From Octopus sinensis (taxonomy: Eukaryota): a stretch of DNA of 64,000 nt. Below are positions 1 to 11,324 of the stretch, piece after piece (the first letter of the stretch is position 1; each line of letters starts with the position of its first letter). A program made the position numbers and the translations under genes. The notes beneath the pieces are model-generated. The model was not told the DNA's origin. It saw only the letters and a list, made by a program, of their open reading frames with translations, and ran no database searches. Location: the NCBI RefSeq assembly GCF_006345805.1, contig NC_043018.1, positions 8,122,001-8,186,000 on the forward strand. Reading direction: 5' to 3'.

Positions 1-24
1 TTATGACAAAAATGAATTTCATTT

Positions 25-437
25 GGATCTTTTTGGTTTGAACGGCAGTTTTTTCTAGCAGTGTCATATGAAATTGTCACCCATAATTATGACCCTAGTA
101 TCGATCTATTGCATTTCAATCTGTTTTAGGGTTATAGCTAGGGTTAGGGGTGGGGGGAAGGGTATTTTTCTTCTTCAGAAATGTAAATAAACCCAATCTG
201 TTTCTTAAACGAGGGACATATTCATATGGCACAGAATGTTTTCACCTCATTGATTGGTTGAAATTGCAGAAATTGAAGAAAAAAAAACAACAAATATCTT
301 ACAAACTATAGAATTTTCTCAATAAAGCCAAGAGAAAAAGATGTTTTATAAACACATTCTACCAGTATACGAAGTTTAAAAGTGTTTAGTTACATGGAAA
401 TTATTTTTAAAAACTGCCGTTCAAACCAAAAAGATTC
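25..437. mobile_element. About 410-bp MITE with about 28-bp TIRs
   Basis: Ends ggatctttttggtttgaacggcagttttt / aaaaactgccgttcaaaccaaaaagattc. An inverted second copy lies at 54732-55137. Confidence 0.8.
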
Positions 438-707
438 TTTCCTTTTCATAATTTGCATACAAAACCAAATCAGTATAACCAAATTTTAAAAAATACGAAA
501 TTTGACAGCAACTGAAGATCTGGTTGTGGGAATAGTAAAGACTTGTGTATTGGAATGGGAGAGTTGTAAAAGTGGTAAAGACTAGTATAACTGGAGGGGG
601 AGGTTATGAGAAGGATAAAGATTTGGGGGTCATGTATTTATGGTAAAGATTTTATATTTCATTTTGCTGTTTTGTTTGATTTCTTTTTACTTTTTCTCTG
701 CTTTCAG

Positions 708-851
708 CAAAAACACTGCATCCTAAAAAGCGCCCACCCATCTCCTTTCTCAGCCAACAACGGGTTCTTTGGTTGCAAACATTTCTCCAAATGTAATGCC
801 TACCTTTCAAAAAACAACAAAAAGACCATTGACTGGAAAAAAGTTCTGTAA
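708..851 (+). CDS. UNG: Uracil-DNA glycosylase, last coding exon (upstream exons outside window)
   Basis: Polypyrimidine tract plus tttcag acceptor ending at 707. Translation [47 protein letters not shown] matches the family-1 UNG C-terminus (HPSP motif, GFFGCxHFSKxN, IDW). Confidence 0.95.
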   Translation, partial: QKHCILKSAHPSPFSANNGFFGCKHFSKCNAYLSKNNKKTIDWKKVL

Positions 852-1161
852 ATTTCTTTCAAATCATATTTTTAGAAAATAACTTCAAATCATTTAAAAA
901 AAAAAAAGAGAAAAAAAACCTTCAAACAAAAACTTTCATCAAGATTCAATGATTTGTTTTTAAATTCAAAATCTCATTTTTATCTTTATTAACCAACTTG
1001 CATCTGTTAAATATCTTTTTTACCTCATTTCATATCCAGTATTTCATCATTCCAACAACATTAACAGCTACTTCAAGACTGTTTCTTCTTCACATTTCCA
1101 TTACATCTAGTTGAGAAGCATTCTAGCTCTCTCAATCAGTAACCCTTGGATCTCTATATGC

Positions 1162-1354
1162 CAGTGCTTTTCAAACTTTTTGCTGGAGCAGAACCCCAAG
1201 GAAACATTCCACTGGCTCGAGGAACCCCTGTGCAATAATTTAATAGTCTTATGCACACATATCTGCACAGGAGAATTAAAAATTACTGCCGATTTTAGCA
1301 ACTTCTTACGGAACCCCTGGACTGTACTGGCAGAACCCTGGTTGAAAACCACTG
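1162..1354. mobile_element. Non-autonomous hAT MITE, copy 1
   Basis: TIRs CAGTG(C/G)TTTTCAA and 8-bp TSD CTATATGC (1154-1161, 1355-1362). Confidence 0.9.
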
Positions 1355-1599
1355 CTATATGCATTGAATGGTGCATTGAATAGTGTCATACAGTATTTTT
1401 ATATGTTTTTAGCTACATTTATGTTTGCATTTGGACTTGCAGAGTCTTTCGTGATTTGTACAATTAAGTGAATTGCCTCCAGTCCGAATTTTGTTTGTTT
1501 GCAGATGTTTCGTCACTTATTGTCATTTAGTGTCAATAGTCAGAAGCAACCTAATCTGACCTCTAAATCAGAGCCTGGACAATACATCTATATTGATCA

Positions 1600-1978
1600 C
1601 TAGCAGTATCGCCCAGCGTTGCTCAGGTTTGTAAGAGAAATAACTATATAAGCATTTTTAGAGATGTAAAGTATAATAGCCATCTCAATATGGCTAACCA
1701 CAAAGGGGGGGTGTGACTGTAGCTTTTTACGTTCTGAGATTTAATAATAAATTTTTATATATGCCAAAAATGCATTAAAAATGGGAAAAATTGATGGTAA
1801 TTTTTTTTTTAAATCGTAGACTCATCGTAGACGCGCGCTAATACCCAGAAGGGCTCGATATGAATCACGACTATAAGATACCCGGTTTTGGTTAAACTGC
1901 ACCGCAAAATGTGGAAGTAGTTAGGAATCTAAATCGTAGGAGACAGACAGCACACAACCTCTCTTTTATATATAAAGA
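1600..1978 (-). mobile_element. Non-autonomous Helitron
   Basis: Minus strand starts TC(TTTATATATAAAAG) and ends with a GC-rich subterminal hairpin-like segment plus CTAG, inserted between A and T. Sister copies at 2788-3048 and 31578-31890. Confidence 0.8.
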
Positions 1979-1990
1979 TTATCTGTTTAA

Positions 1991-2204
1991 CCCTTTCGTT
2001 ACTGTATTTATTTTGAGATGCTGTGTTTCTTTCAATTACTTTAAATATAACAAAGAATTTAGTAAAATAACATCGTTATCATTAAGCTAGTGTTAGGAAC
2101 ATAAATTGTGACTAAGGTTTGGTAGAAGATTTTAATTCAAAACTTCCGAAAACTTTTTGTACTCAAAGCCAGAGCCGGTTCCAGCCGGGTTGTTAACGAA
2201 AGGG
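1991..2204. mobile_element. TTAA-flanked MITE (CCCTTTCG...CGAAAGGG); sister copies 11712-11922 and 30046-30749 (the latter interrupted by a SINE)
   Basis: TTAA on both sides, short CCCTTT/AAAGGG TIRs, shared internal sequence. Confidence 0.75.
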
Positions 2205-3681
2205 TTAATGTTATGATGTACGTGATCATTTCTTAAAAACTCAGGGCAACTCCAGTAACACTTCATTTGATGTGCGAATGTAATATATTTGTATATTTGC
2301 CGGGTGGCCAGCTGGCAGAATCATTAGGATACCAGACAAAATACTTATCAGCATTTCGTCTGTCTTTTAGTTCCGAGTTCAAATTCTGTCACAATCGAAT
2401 TACCTCCTCCCTGCTGAAATTACTGGCCTTGTGCCAGAATTGAAAATATGTATATTTGAGAGTGTAGGTAAAGTAGTTGTGACCTTGTTTTACAATTAGG
2501 CGGGTTTGGGTTTGATTCTTCGGCATGGCATCTTGGTCAAGTGTCTTCTATCAAGTGAAATTTGATAGAAACTTTGCAGGATCCCAATTGTGTATCCTTT
2601 GCACCTGGGCTGCTGTGACCACTGTGTCCTACTTAATGTCTGGCAGCTTGGTTTTTTTTAGACATGCATAAATTGTGGTTGGCATTAGGTTATTCAGTCA
2701 CAGATTATTGCCTCAAGAAATCTTGTCCGATTAATACTAGCATAGAAAACTGGTACAAGAAAAAAATTGTGTGTGCGCATATATATTTATCGCCCGGCGT
2801 TGCTCGGATTTGTAAGGGAAACAACTATATAAGCATTTTTAGAGTTACTTCCTGAGCGGAAAAATTATGGTAATTTTTTTTTTAATCGTAGACGCGCGCT
2901 AATACCCAGAAGGGCTCAATATGAATGACGACTATAAGATACCCGCTTTTGGTTAAACTGCACCGCAAAATGTGGGAGTAGTTAGGAATCTAAATCAGAG
3001 GAGACAGAGTCTCACACACACACACTACTTGAATTTTATATATAAAGATTAAGAATATGGCAGAACAGAGTTAAACATCAGTTATTAGATTGGTACAAAC
3101 TTTAAAGCAAATATGTTCATCCATAAGCTTCTGTACAGTTAGTAGGCCAAATCCCCCTTTAAAATTGTATGTTAAGCTTGAAAATCTCATGGTTGCAAAA
3201 TATAATCCTTAACCCATGAAGTCCTAGTTATGTCTATATGTGTATATTTTAATGAAAATACAAACTCCTTAACCCTTTTAAGGTTGGGTATAAATAGCAA
3301 GTCTTTTTATGCAGGCCGCAAAACAAAAAGTGATCAAATAGCTTATAACACAAATGTGGCTTATATACCATACCCATCTTCAGAATTTAGCAATATCAGT
3401 AAGCCACACTCAGCCTTAAAGGGTTAATCATAAAACCCTGCTTGTACTTAGATATTTTACTCAGTTTTCCAATATCAAACTCATCCTCATTTAGGTTTCT
3501 ATGTTAAGAGAGTGACTCAAGACAGACAGCAACTTTCTTTTCTTTGTAAAACAAAGCTTCAAATGTTTTTCAGTTCTAACATTTGAATTTTCTTTTTTGA
3601 TATAAATATTCATTTTTTAAAGGTTTTGTCTCCTTTGTAATTTCAGAATTTTATTTTTAGCTCATATTTAGAGTATTTCAA

Positions 3682-3945
3682 CCCGTGCTCTTAACCACTA
3701 TGCCATATGCCCATGGGCATGTGGCGTAGCAGCTAAGAGCACGGTCTACTAACCCCAAGGTTCCGAGTTCGATTCCAAGCAGTGACCTGAACACTAATAA
3801 AAATAATATCGGAAAATACCTTAGGAATGAGAACCCAGGTTTGAAATTTCCCCAAGACTCCTGAAGGCGGCTAGAGGATATGTACCAGCTGAAACATTGT
3901 GTTAACAACAGACAAGATGACAAATATCCGTCTAATGTAAATAAA
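3682..3945 (+). mobile_element. tRNA-headed element with 5' fold-back and degenerate hammerhead-like tail
   Basis: A/B-box-like head at 3715-3785, inverted head copy at 3682-3712, CTGAAG...GAAA at 3861-3894. Confidence 0.5.
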
Positions 3946-4188
3946 ACAGTTTCACTTCATTGGACCTACAATTCAAATTGTTGGTTAAAAGCTGCTTGGC
4001 CTCAAATAAAAAAACACCCTCAGATCATACAAGAAATTAGATAAATGTAGTACTGTACGCTCTACATTTTAACCTACAAGAAATGGCTGCCAAATCTCTC
4101 GAATTATACAAAGTGCTAAAAGGTTCCTGGCTTTAAGAGTATCACAAAAGGTCTGGTTGGAGGCTCAATATTTTGAGTTCTTTAACAG

Positions 4189-5124
4189 TGCAGGAGTGGC
4201 TGTGTGGTAAGTAGCTTGCTTACTAACCACATGGTTCCAGGTTCATTCCCACTATGTGGCGTCTTGGGCAAGTGTCTTCTACCATAGCCTCGGGCTTGTG
4301 GGTGGATTTGGTAGAGGGAAACTGAAAGAAGCCCGTCGTGTATATATGTTTGTGTGTCTGTTTGTCCCCCCCAACATCGCTTGACAACCGATGCTGGTGT
4401 GTTTACGTCCCCATAACTTAGTGGTTCGACAAAAGAGACCGATAGAATAAATACTAGGCTTTCAAAGAATAAGTCCTGGGGGTTGATTTGCTCGATTAAA
4501 GGTGGTGCTCCAGCATGGCCACAGTCAAAGACTGGAGCAAAAAAAAAAAAAGTGGACTAGAAAAACTGAAGGAGCAATAAAAGGGTGAATCTGAGAGAGG
4601 AGTATTTTGAATAAAATAACTGATCTTTCTGTATTTTCTTTTAGCCAAAACCAGGAACTTTTTAGCACCCTCCCATACAAACCACTTTCTCTAAAAGCAA
4701 AGAGACTGCATAATGTAGCTTGGGCTAGTCACCACTTAGGATAGGCAAGGAAATGATGTACCTATTCAAAAAAAAGTGGCTGTGTGGTAAGTAGCTTGCA
4801 TGGTTCTGGGTTCAGTCCCACTGCATGGCACCTTGGGCAAGTCTTCTACTATAGCCTCGGGCCGACCAAAGCCTTATGAGTGGATTTGGTAGACGGAAAC
4901 TGAAAGAAGCCCATCGTATATATGCGTGTGTCTGTGTTTGTCCCCCTAGCATTGCTTGACATCCGGTGCTGGTGTGTTGATGTCCCCGTCACTTAGCAGT
5001 TCGGCAAAAGAGACCGATAGAATAAATACTGGGCTTACAAAGAATAAGTCTCGGGGGGTCGAGTTGCTCAACTAAAGGCGGTGCTCTAGCATGGTCGCAG
5101 TCAAATGACTGAAACAAGTAAAAG
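4189..5124 (+). mobile_element. Two copies of the dominant tRNA-derived SINE (family A; about 4189-4550 and 4775-5124)
   Basis: Head ggcgcaggagtggctgtgtggtaagtagc...ggttcagtccc (Pol III A/B-box-like), central (TA)n/(TG)n, tail gactgaaacaagtaaaagag. Confidence 0.85.
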
Positions 5125-5172
5125 GATTTTGATACTAAACATAGAAAAGAAAAAATTTAAAAAACTTAAAAT

Positions 5173-5178
5173 TTTATT
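5173..5178 (-). terminator. Candidate LSM1 polyadenylation signal AATAAA
   Basis: AATAAA on the minus strand about 340 nt past the LSM1 stop. Assignment is positional only. Confidence 0.35.
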
Positions 5179-5515
5179 CCAAGAAGTGAAACGCTCCAAT
5201 TTTAAGATGAAAGTATTGACCTACGCTGGTCCAGTGTTCATACGGGAGAGTTTCATTTGTTTGACCAATAAAACATGGCTTCTTAAATTAAGGTTACATG
5301 ATTTGTGTGAGTTGAATGGCATCAACAAAATAATACATAATCATCATTCCTGCTGTAGACTACAACTACATCCATTTCTCTTAACACCACCCAGAGGTAG
5401 TTTGAAGCTGATGATAACTAAATTTAATGTTATCAGTCTTTTGTGTTAGTCCTGTACAGCTCCTGACAGCAGCATCACCAACTGTGAAAAGGAGAACATT
5501 AGCCATCTTGGTTTG

Positions 5516-5692
5516 TTAAAAGAAATAATCATCTTGGATAGAATCTGTATGAGGATGAACTCCACGTTCCAAAAGAGCTTTCTTCTTTCTTTCTTCCTCT
5601 TCCAATTGTCTCAGTTGCTGTTCCCTTTGCATCTCAAGTATTTCATCAATGGAGACCTGCTCCAGATCTTGGCTGTTTTCATTCTCCACATC
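5516..5692 (-). CDS. LSM1: LSM1 exon 4 (terminal coding exon, 177 nt including stop)
   Basis: ttttgtag acceptor. Encodes DVENENSQDLEQVSIDEILEMQREQQ...KALLERG...DDYFF*, the LSm1-specific C-terminal helix. Spliced CDS is 46+69+116+177=408 nt, 135 aa. Confidence 0.93.
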   Translation of the reverse strand, partial: DVENENSQDLEQVSIDEILEMQREQQLRQLEEEERKKKALLERGVHPHTDSIQDDYFF

Positions 5693-7182
5693 CTACAAAA
5701 AAAATAAAATAAAACCATCAACTCTACTCCAATTACTGAACTACTAGAATATCTCCCACACAGCTATCACTTTCCTACCCCCACTCCAATCCCTACACAG
5801 ACACCTAAACCTTGCCTCCAATCTGTTAAGGAAACATCACCTATACTCATTCAATGTGTAAGGTAATAGAACATCCTACATCATCATCATTGTTCAACCA
5901 TGGTCGAGACAATGGAATTTACTATGTTACGCCAGACTTCACGGTCCATCATAGCATTATGGAGGTCCTGTTGCTAGATGCCTGTATCCCTGGAGATTAC
6001 ATCAGGGTAGGAGAGTGTGCACCCTCTGGTATCGTGAGTAGATGACTTACAGAGAAGAAATTACCTCGTTTTCAGCTCTACAACATCCTACACACAGTCA
6101 GCCATCAGGCTACTGCAGACGTAACCTTTCTACCCTTCCACTTGACAATCAACTGAAAGAAAAAGAAGAAAACTCCAGAAGTTGTCTGTTTTCCATGCTG
6201 GCACAGGTTAGTTTGAAAGGAGCTGGCAAGGCAAAGAGATGCACTAGGCTTCATAGTCTGTTTTGACATGGTTTCTGTGGCTGGTTGCTCTTCCTAATGC
6301 CAACCACTTTACAGAGTGTATTGGGTGTTTTCAATAAATACTTCACAACTTTACATCAAAGGATGAAGGGCAACAACCACGAAATTTTGTGAAGCCACCA
6401 AAAGAAGGATCTACAGGTATTTTCGAGTTATTGAAGTTGGGGACACAAAAACCACCTCAAAACACTGGACAAGTCCTCAGGCTTGACCTGAATATTGATA
6501 AAATGAATTCTGCAAAAGTTAGGTGGTAGTGTTAAAATGTAGAAAAATCTGGTTCTTTGAAGTGTGAGTACGCAGATATGATGTATGGCATTGTGAAAAG
6601 GTAGATTGTGGTGTGTTTATGGAGGGGAATGAGAGGTTTGTTTGATATCACTTTGATGCTGACTTGTTTGACCTTTTAATATTTCTCTCATTCTCTTACT
6701 CTGTGTGAATGCAGTTCTCTGTATGAAAAGTGGGAAAGTGCTTCTGTCAATTGTATTTAAACTGGCCATATCTGGCTGAAATATTCTACCCGATTTGTCA
6801 GATCAGACAGTTCTGACTTCTCACACCTACCCTACAATGCTATTTTTGAAATAAACAACCACCTGATAGAAATCTCAAAGCTATGGGATAATTCATGAAC
6901 AATTCAAACAATGTGAATAAATAAGCATTACATTTCACAGAATAATCTGAATGCTAAAGGGTTAATAAATTGTAATGTCTCGCCCTATCCACATGTATAC
7001 TTCAGCAGCAAAACAATGTCTAGTCAGCATTCCAAACATTACCAGTTTTATCAAAAACCAGAACAAATGAAGGGTAACTTTTGAGACTCCTTGCAAACAC
7101 CACCAACTCCAAAACATCCAATTCATCTTCAGAAGCTTTAATGGCTTAAATCTAATTCTCAAATGGTACTCTGTACTGAGTG

Positions 7183-7420
7183 GAGGCGCATGGCTTAGTG
7201 GTTCAGGTGTCAGCATCATGATCGTAAGATTGTGGTTTCGATTCCTGGACCGGGTGACGCGTTGTGTTCTTGAGCAAAACATTTTGTTTCACGTTGCTCC
7301 AGTCCACTCAGTTGGCAAAAAGGAGTAACACTGGTGTCCAGTCCAGCTGGGGAACACATACACCATTGAAACGGGAAACCGGGCCCATGAGCCTGGCTAG
7401 GCTTTAAAAGGGCGCATTTT
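7183..7420 (+). mobile_element. tRNA-derived SINE family C (reverse copy at about 58705-58950; related head at about 8965-9060)
   Basis: A box tggcttagtgg and B box ggtttcgattcc; shared tail gggcccatgagcctggctaggctttaaaagggc. Confidence 0.7.
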
Positions 7421-8745
7421 TATTACTCTGTACTACAGAGATTTAAAAATGTATTTCAAAATAAAAAATTTTTGATACATGTATCCCTATTTATCAATAA
7501 TTCATCACTAATCCTGGATAACACAGTAAGCTCAGCTGATCCTAAAGAAATGACACAGGAAAAGGTATAGTACATTATGTTGGAAGCTTTGCTGTTGTTG
7601 GACGAGTTTGGTGTCAATGAATCTACTCTCCGTTCCAGTTATGAAAGCATTTAATCCAAACAAACCAATACAGATGAGTGTATTCTCACTGTAGGAAAAG
7701 GTACCCTGTACCAGTGTACTTGTCTTTGGGGACATCATCAGCATCGTTTAACAGCTGGATAAAAATATTACCTCCCTTAGTTTAGAAATAAACTGTTCAT
7801 GAATTGTAAAGTATAATAGCCATCTCAATATGGCTAACCACAAAGGGTGGGTGTTACTGTAGCTTTTAGCCCCAGGAGATCATCTCCAGCTGGCTTTAGG
7901 CACACTATCTGTGCACTTATGGTATTTGCAAAGGGAGGTCATCCCTTTCTCGTAAGCCTAAGGGATACGCACGGACCGCAGTCAACGGGCGGTAATCACC
8001 GGTTTACGATGAAAAGGAAGACCTGTTTGCAAATACTTAAGTGTTTTTCTAGTAACTTCCATCACTGATTTTGAAAAACTGTCTGCAAGCAATAATAAAT
8101 CTCTGAACGAGATGTAAACTAACCGCTCGACAATGTTCATGAATTGTTTGTACATTATCATCATTGTTTAAGATCCGCTTTCCATGTCGGCATGGGTTGG
8201 ACAGTTTGACAGGGGCTGGCTAGGCAGAAGATTGTACCAGGCTTCACTGTCTGATTTGACAGTTTTTACAGTTAGATGCCTTTCTTAACACCAACCACCT
8301 TACAGAGTGGCTTGTGTGCTTTTTACACGGCACTGACAATGTAACATTATAATTACGCAGTTTAGATATAAAAATTCTAAAGTCAAGAAAATATTTGGGT
8401 GATGGAAGCTTTGCTGCTGTTGGCCATCAGTTTGGTGTCAATGACAACCATTCATCCTGATATGAAGGAGCCTGACCCTAAAAATAATGTAGATGAGCAT
8501 ATCCACTTACAGTAAAAGAAAATATGACACTGGAAGCTTTACTGCTGTTGACCAAGAATTTGGTATCAGTATACCTACCATTTTTACCTTTTACAAAAGT
8601 ACACAGAAAAGATTATTTATCAGTCTTTTGGGAACCAAGTCCCTCTGATAAGCGACAATAGATCTACTAATGGTTGAGCATTTTGAACAATGTGTGAACA
8701 ATATTTTCTGCTTGTCTAAATTTTAAACTTCCCATGTGTCTAAAG

Positions 8746-8946
8746 CAGTGCTTTTCAACCTTTTTGCTAGAGCGGAACCCCAAGGAAACATTCCACTGGC
8801 TTGAGGAACCCCTGTGCAATAATTTAATAGTCTTATGCACACACATCTGCACAGGAGAATTAAAAATTACTGCTGATTTTAGCATTTTTGTAACTTCTTG
8901 CGGAACCCCTAGACTGTACTGGCGGAACCCTGGTTGAAAACCACTG
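8746..8946. mobile_element. Non-autonomous hAT MITE, copy 2 (same family as 1162-1354)
   Basis: Same internal sequence and TIRs; 8-bp TSD GTCTAAAG (8738-8745, 8947-8954). Confidence 0.9.
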
Positions 8947-10697
8947 GTCTAAAGTAAAGTGAAGGCACATTGCTCAGTGGTTAGAGTGTTGCGCTTACGA
9001 TTGAGGTTGTGAGTTCAAATCCCGGACCAGGCTGCGTGTTGTGTTCTTGAGCAAGACACTTTATTTCACATTGCTCCAGTTCACTCAGCTGTGGAAATCA
9101 ATTGCGTCATCCCTGGTGCCAAGCTGTATCAGTCCCTTTGCCTTTCCCTTGAATAACATTGATGGCATGAAGAGGGGGAGGCTGGTATGCATGGGCGGCT
9201 GCTGGTCTTCAATAAACAACCTTGCCTGGACTTGTAACTTTCTAGGTGCAATCCCATGGTCAGTCATGGCCGAAGGGGGTCTCTGCAAAGTAAAGAAGTT
9301 CAGAACTACTAGTCTCTCAACAGAAGTGCTTATGATGTGATACCATATTAACTGCAGTGAGTGTGAACGTCTAGATGTCAAACTGGGGCAACTGGCCACA
9401 TTTATTTCACCATCCTCATCTTTTACATCTTTATAGCTTTGTTATACGTGCAATGATACATTGCAGCAGTAGTGCACCGTTACAGTGCTTGGTACCATCA
9501 CTTCAGAGACATCACCAACATATAGCATCTAAATCTGATGGAGCCCTTCCATCTCCAGGTCTGAAAATATATTTCTTTACTACCCACAAGGGGCTAAACA
9601 CAAAGAGGACAAACAAGGACAGACACACGGATTAAGTCGATTACATTACGCACTGGTGCGTAACTGGTACTTATTTAATCGACCCTGAAAGGATGAAAGG
9701 CAAAGTCAACCTCGGCGGAATTTGAACTCAGAACACAGCGGCAGACGAAATACCGCTAAGCATTTCCCCCGGCGCACTAACGTTTCTGCCAGCTCGCCGC
9801 CTTTGTCTGAAAATAGTTGATTTCTTTCAGAGGGAGGAAAAGGAGACAGTGCCGAACTGGTATTTCATCAACATGAAAGGGATGAAAAGTTAAAGCTGGT
9901 TTGGTTGCATTTTGAGCACAGGGTTGGAACAAATACCAAAAGACATTCTAATCTGACACTAACTTCAAAACTTCCATGCTTTCTGAGATTCGCCAACACT
10001 ACACCTGATTTTCTCCCCTCCATACACACACAAGCATGTATCTGACTCATACACTGTTCGCTCTCCAGACATTTGTACATTACTGCATATACTTTATCCC
10101 TTTAGTGTTTAAACCAGCCATATCTGCCCCAGATATTCTACATGTTTTATATTCAAACTGGCGATATCTAGCCTCTCACACCTAACCTACATTGGCATTC
10201 TAAAAGTAACCACTCACATCACTGAAACCTCAAAGCTAGAAGATAATGCTTGATTAATTCAAAACAATTTGAGTGAAAAACTATTACATTTAACAGAGCA
10301 ATCTGAACACTAAAGGGTTATACGCACTTTCTGACAAGTTGTGGTGCACCTGAGCACTGTATACAATAATTTCATTATTATTATTAACAATTGCCACCTT
10401 AGTGTCCCCTATTGTATGGTTAGTCTACATTGCTCTGTGAAGAGTACAGGGCTAGTTTCCTGTCTCTCTAGTGTATATATTTCTCCCTGGACAGGACATC
10501 AGTCCTTCGCAGGATTATGCATTTTTTACCAGCTCAGTGGACCGGAACAGCATGAAGAGGAGGTTTTGCTCAAGGACACAATACATTGCCTGGTCCAGGA
10601 ATCGAAACCACAATCTTATGATTGCGAGTGCAACACCCTAACCCATGCACCTCCCCCATTGTATGTCCAGTAATAATAGAAAGATTTCTCTACTTAC

Positions 10698-10813
10698 TAT
10701 CTCTCCTAATAAAACAACATTTTCTCCACGGATAATGAAGATTCCACGAGGAATATCACCATACTTCTTACCAACATGGATCCGTTCAATTGTTCGATGT
10801 AGAGCAAGGTTGG
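10698..10813 (-). CDS. LSM1: LSM1 exon 3 (116 nt)
   Basis: ttacag acceptor and GTAAGT donor. Encodes [39 protein letters not shown] (Sm2 motif IRGENV). Confidence 0.97.
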
Positions 10814-10951
10814 CTGTAATAGACATTGGAGAATTATATTACAAAATGATAAACAATTAACTGCGGCCATGCTGGAGCACCGTCTTTAGTCGGTGCTCCA
10901 GCATGGCTGCAGTCAAATGACCGAAACAAGTAAAAGAATAATTAAGTCCAA

Positions 10952-11324
10952 GGCGCAGGAGTGGCTGTGTGGTAAGTAGCTTGCTAACCAACCACATGGT
11001 TCCAGGTTCAGTCCCACTGCGTGGCATCTTGGGCAAGTGTCTTCTGCTATAGCCCCGGGCCGACCAATGCCTTGTGAGTGGATTTGGTAGACAGAAACTG
11101 AAAGAAGCCTGTCATATATATATATATATATGTGTGTGTTTGTCCCCCTAGCATTGCTTGACAACCGATGCTGGTGTGTTTACGTCCCCATCACTTAGCG
11201 GTTCGGCAAAAGAGACCAATAGAATAAGTACTGGGCTTACAAAGAATAAGTCCCGGGGTCGATTTGCTCGACTAAAGGCGGTGCTCCAGCATGGCCGCAG
11301 TCAAATGACTGAAACAAGTAAAAA
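10952..11324 (+). mobile_element. SINE family A
   Basis: Full-length match to the other copies in the window. Confidence 0.85.

Noticed and set aside
2664-2855. Exon-like ORF after a T-rich AG
   Set aside because: No recognisable homology, and it runs into a Helitron fragment.
7183-9060. tRNA genes (tRNA-like heads at 7183, about 8965, and in all SINEs)
   Set aside because: A/B boxes are present but the acceptor and anticodon stems do not close, and each continues into a SINE body.
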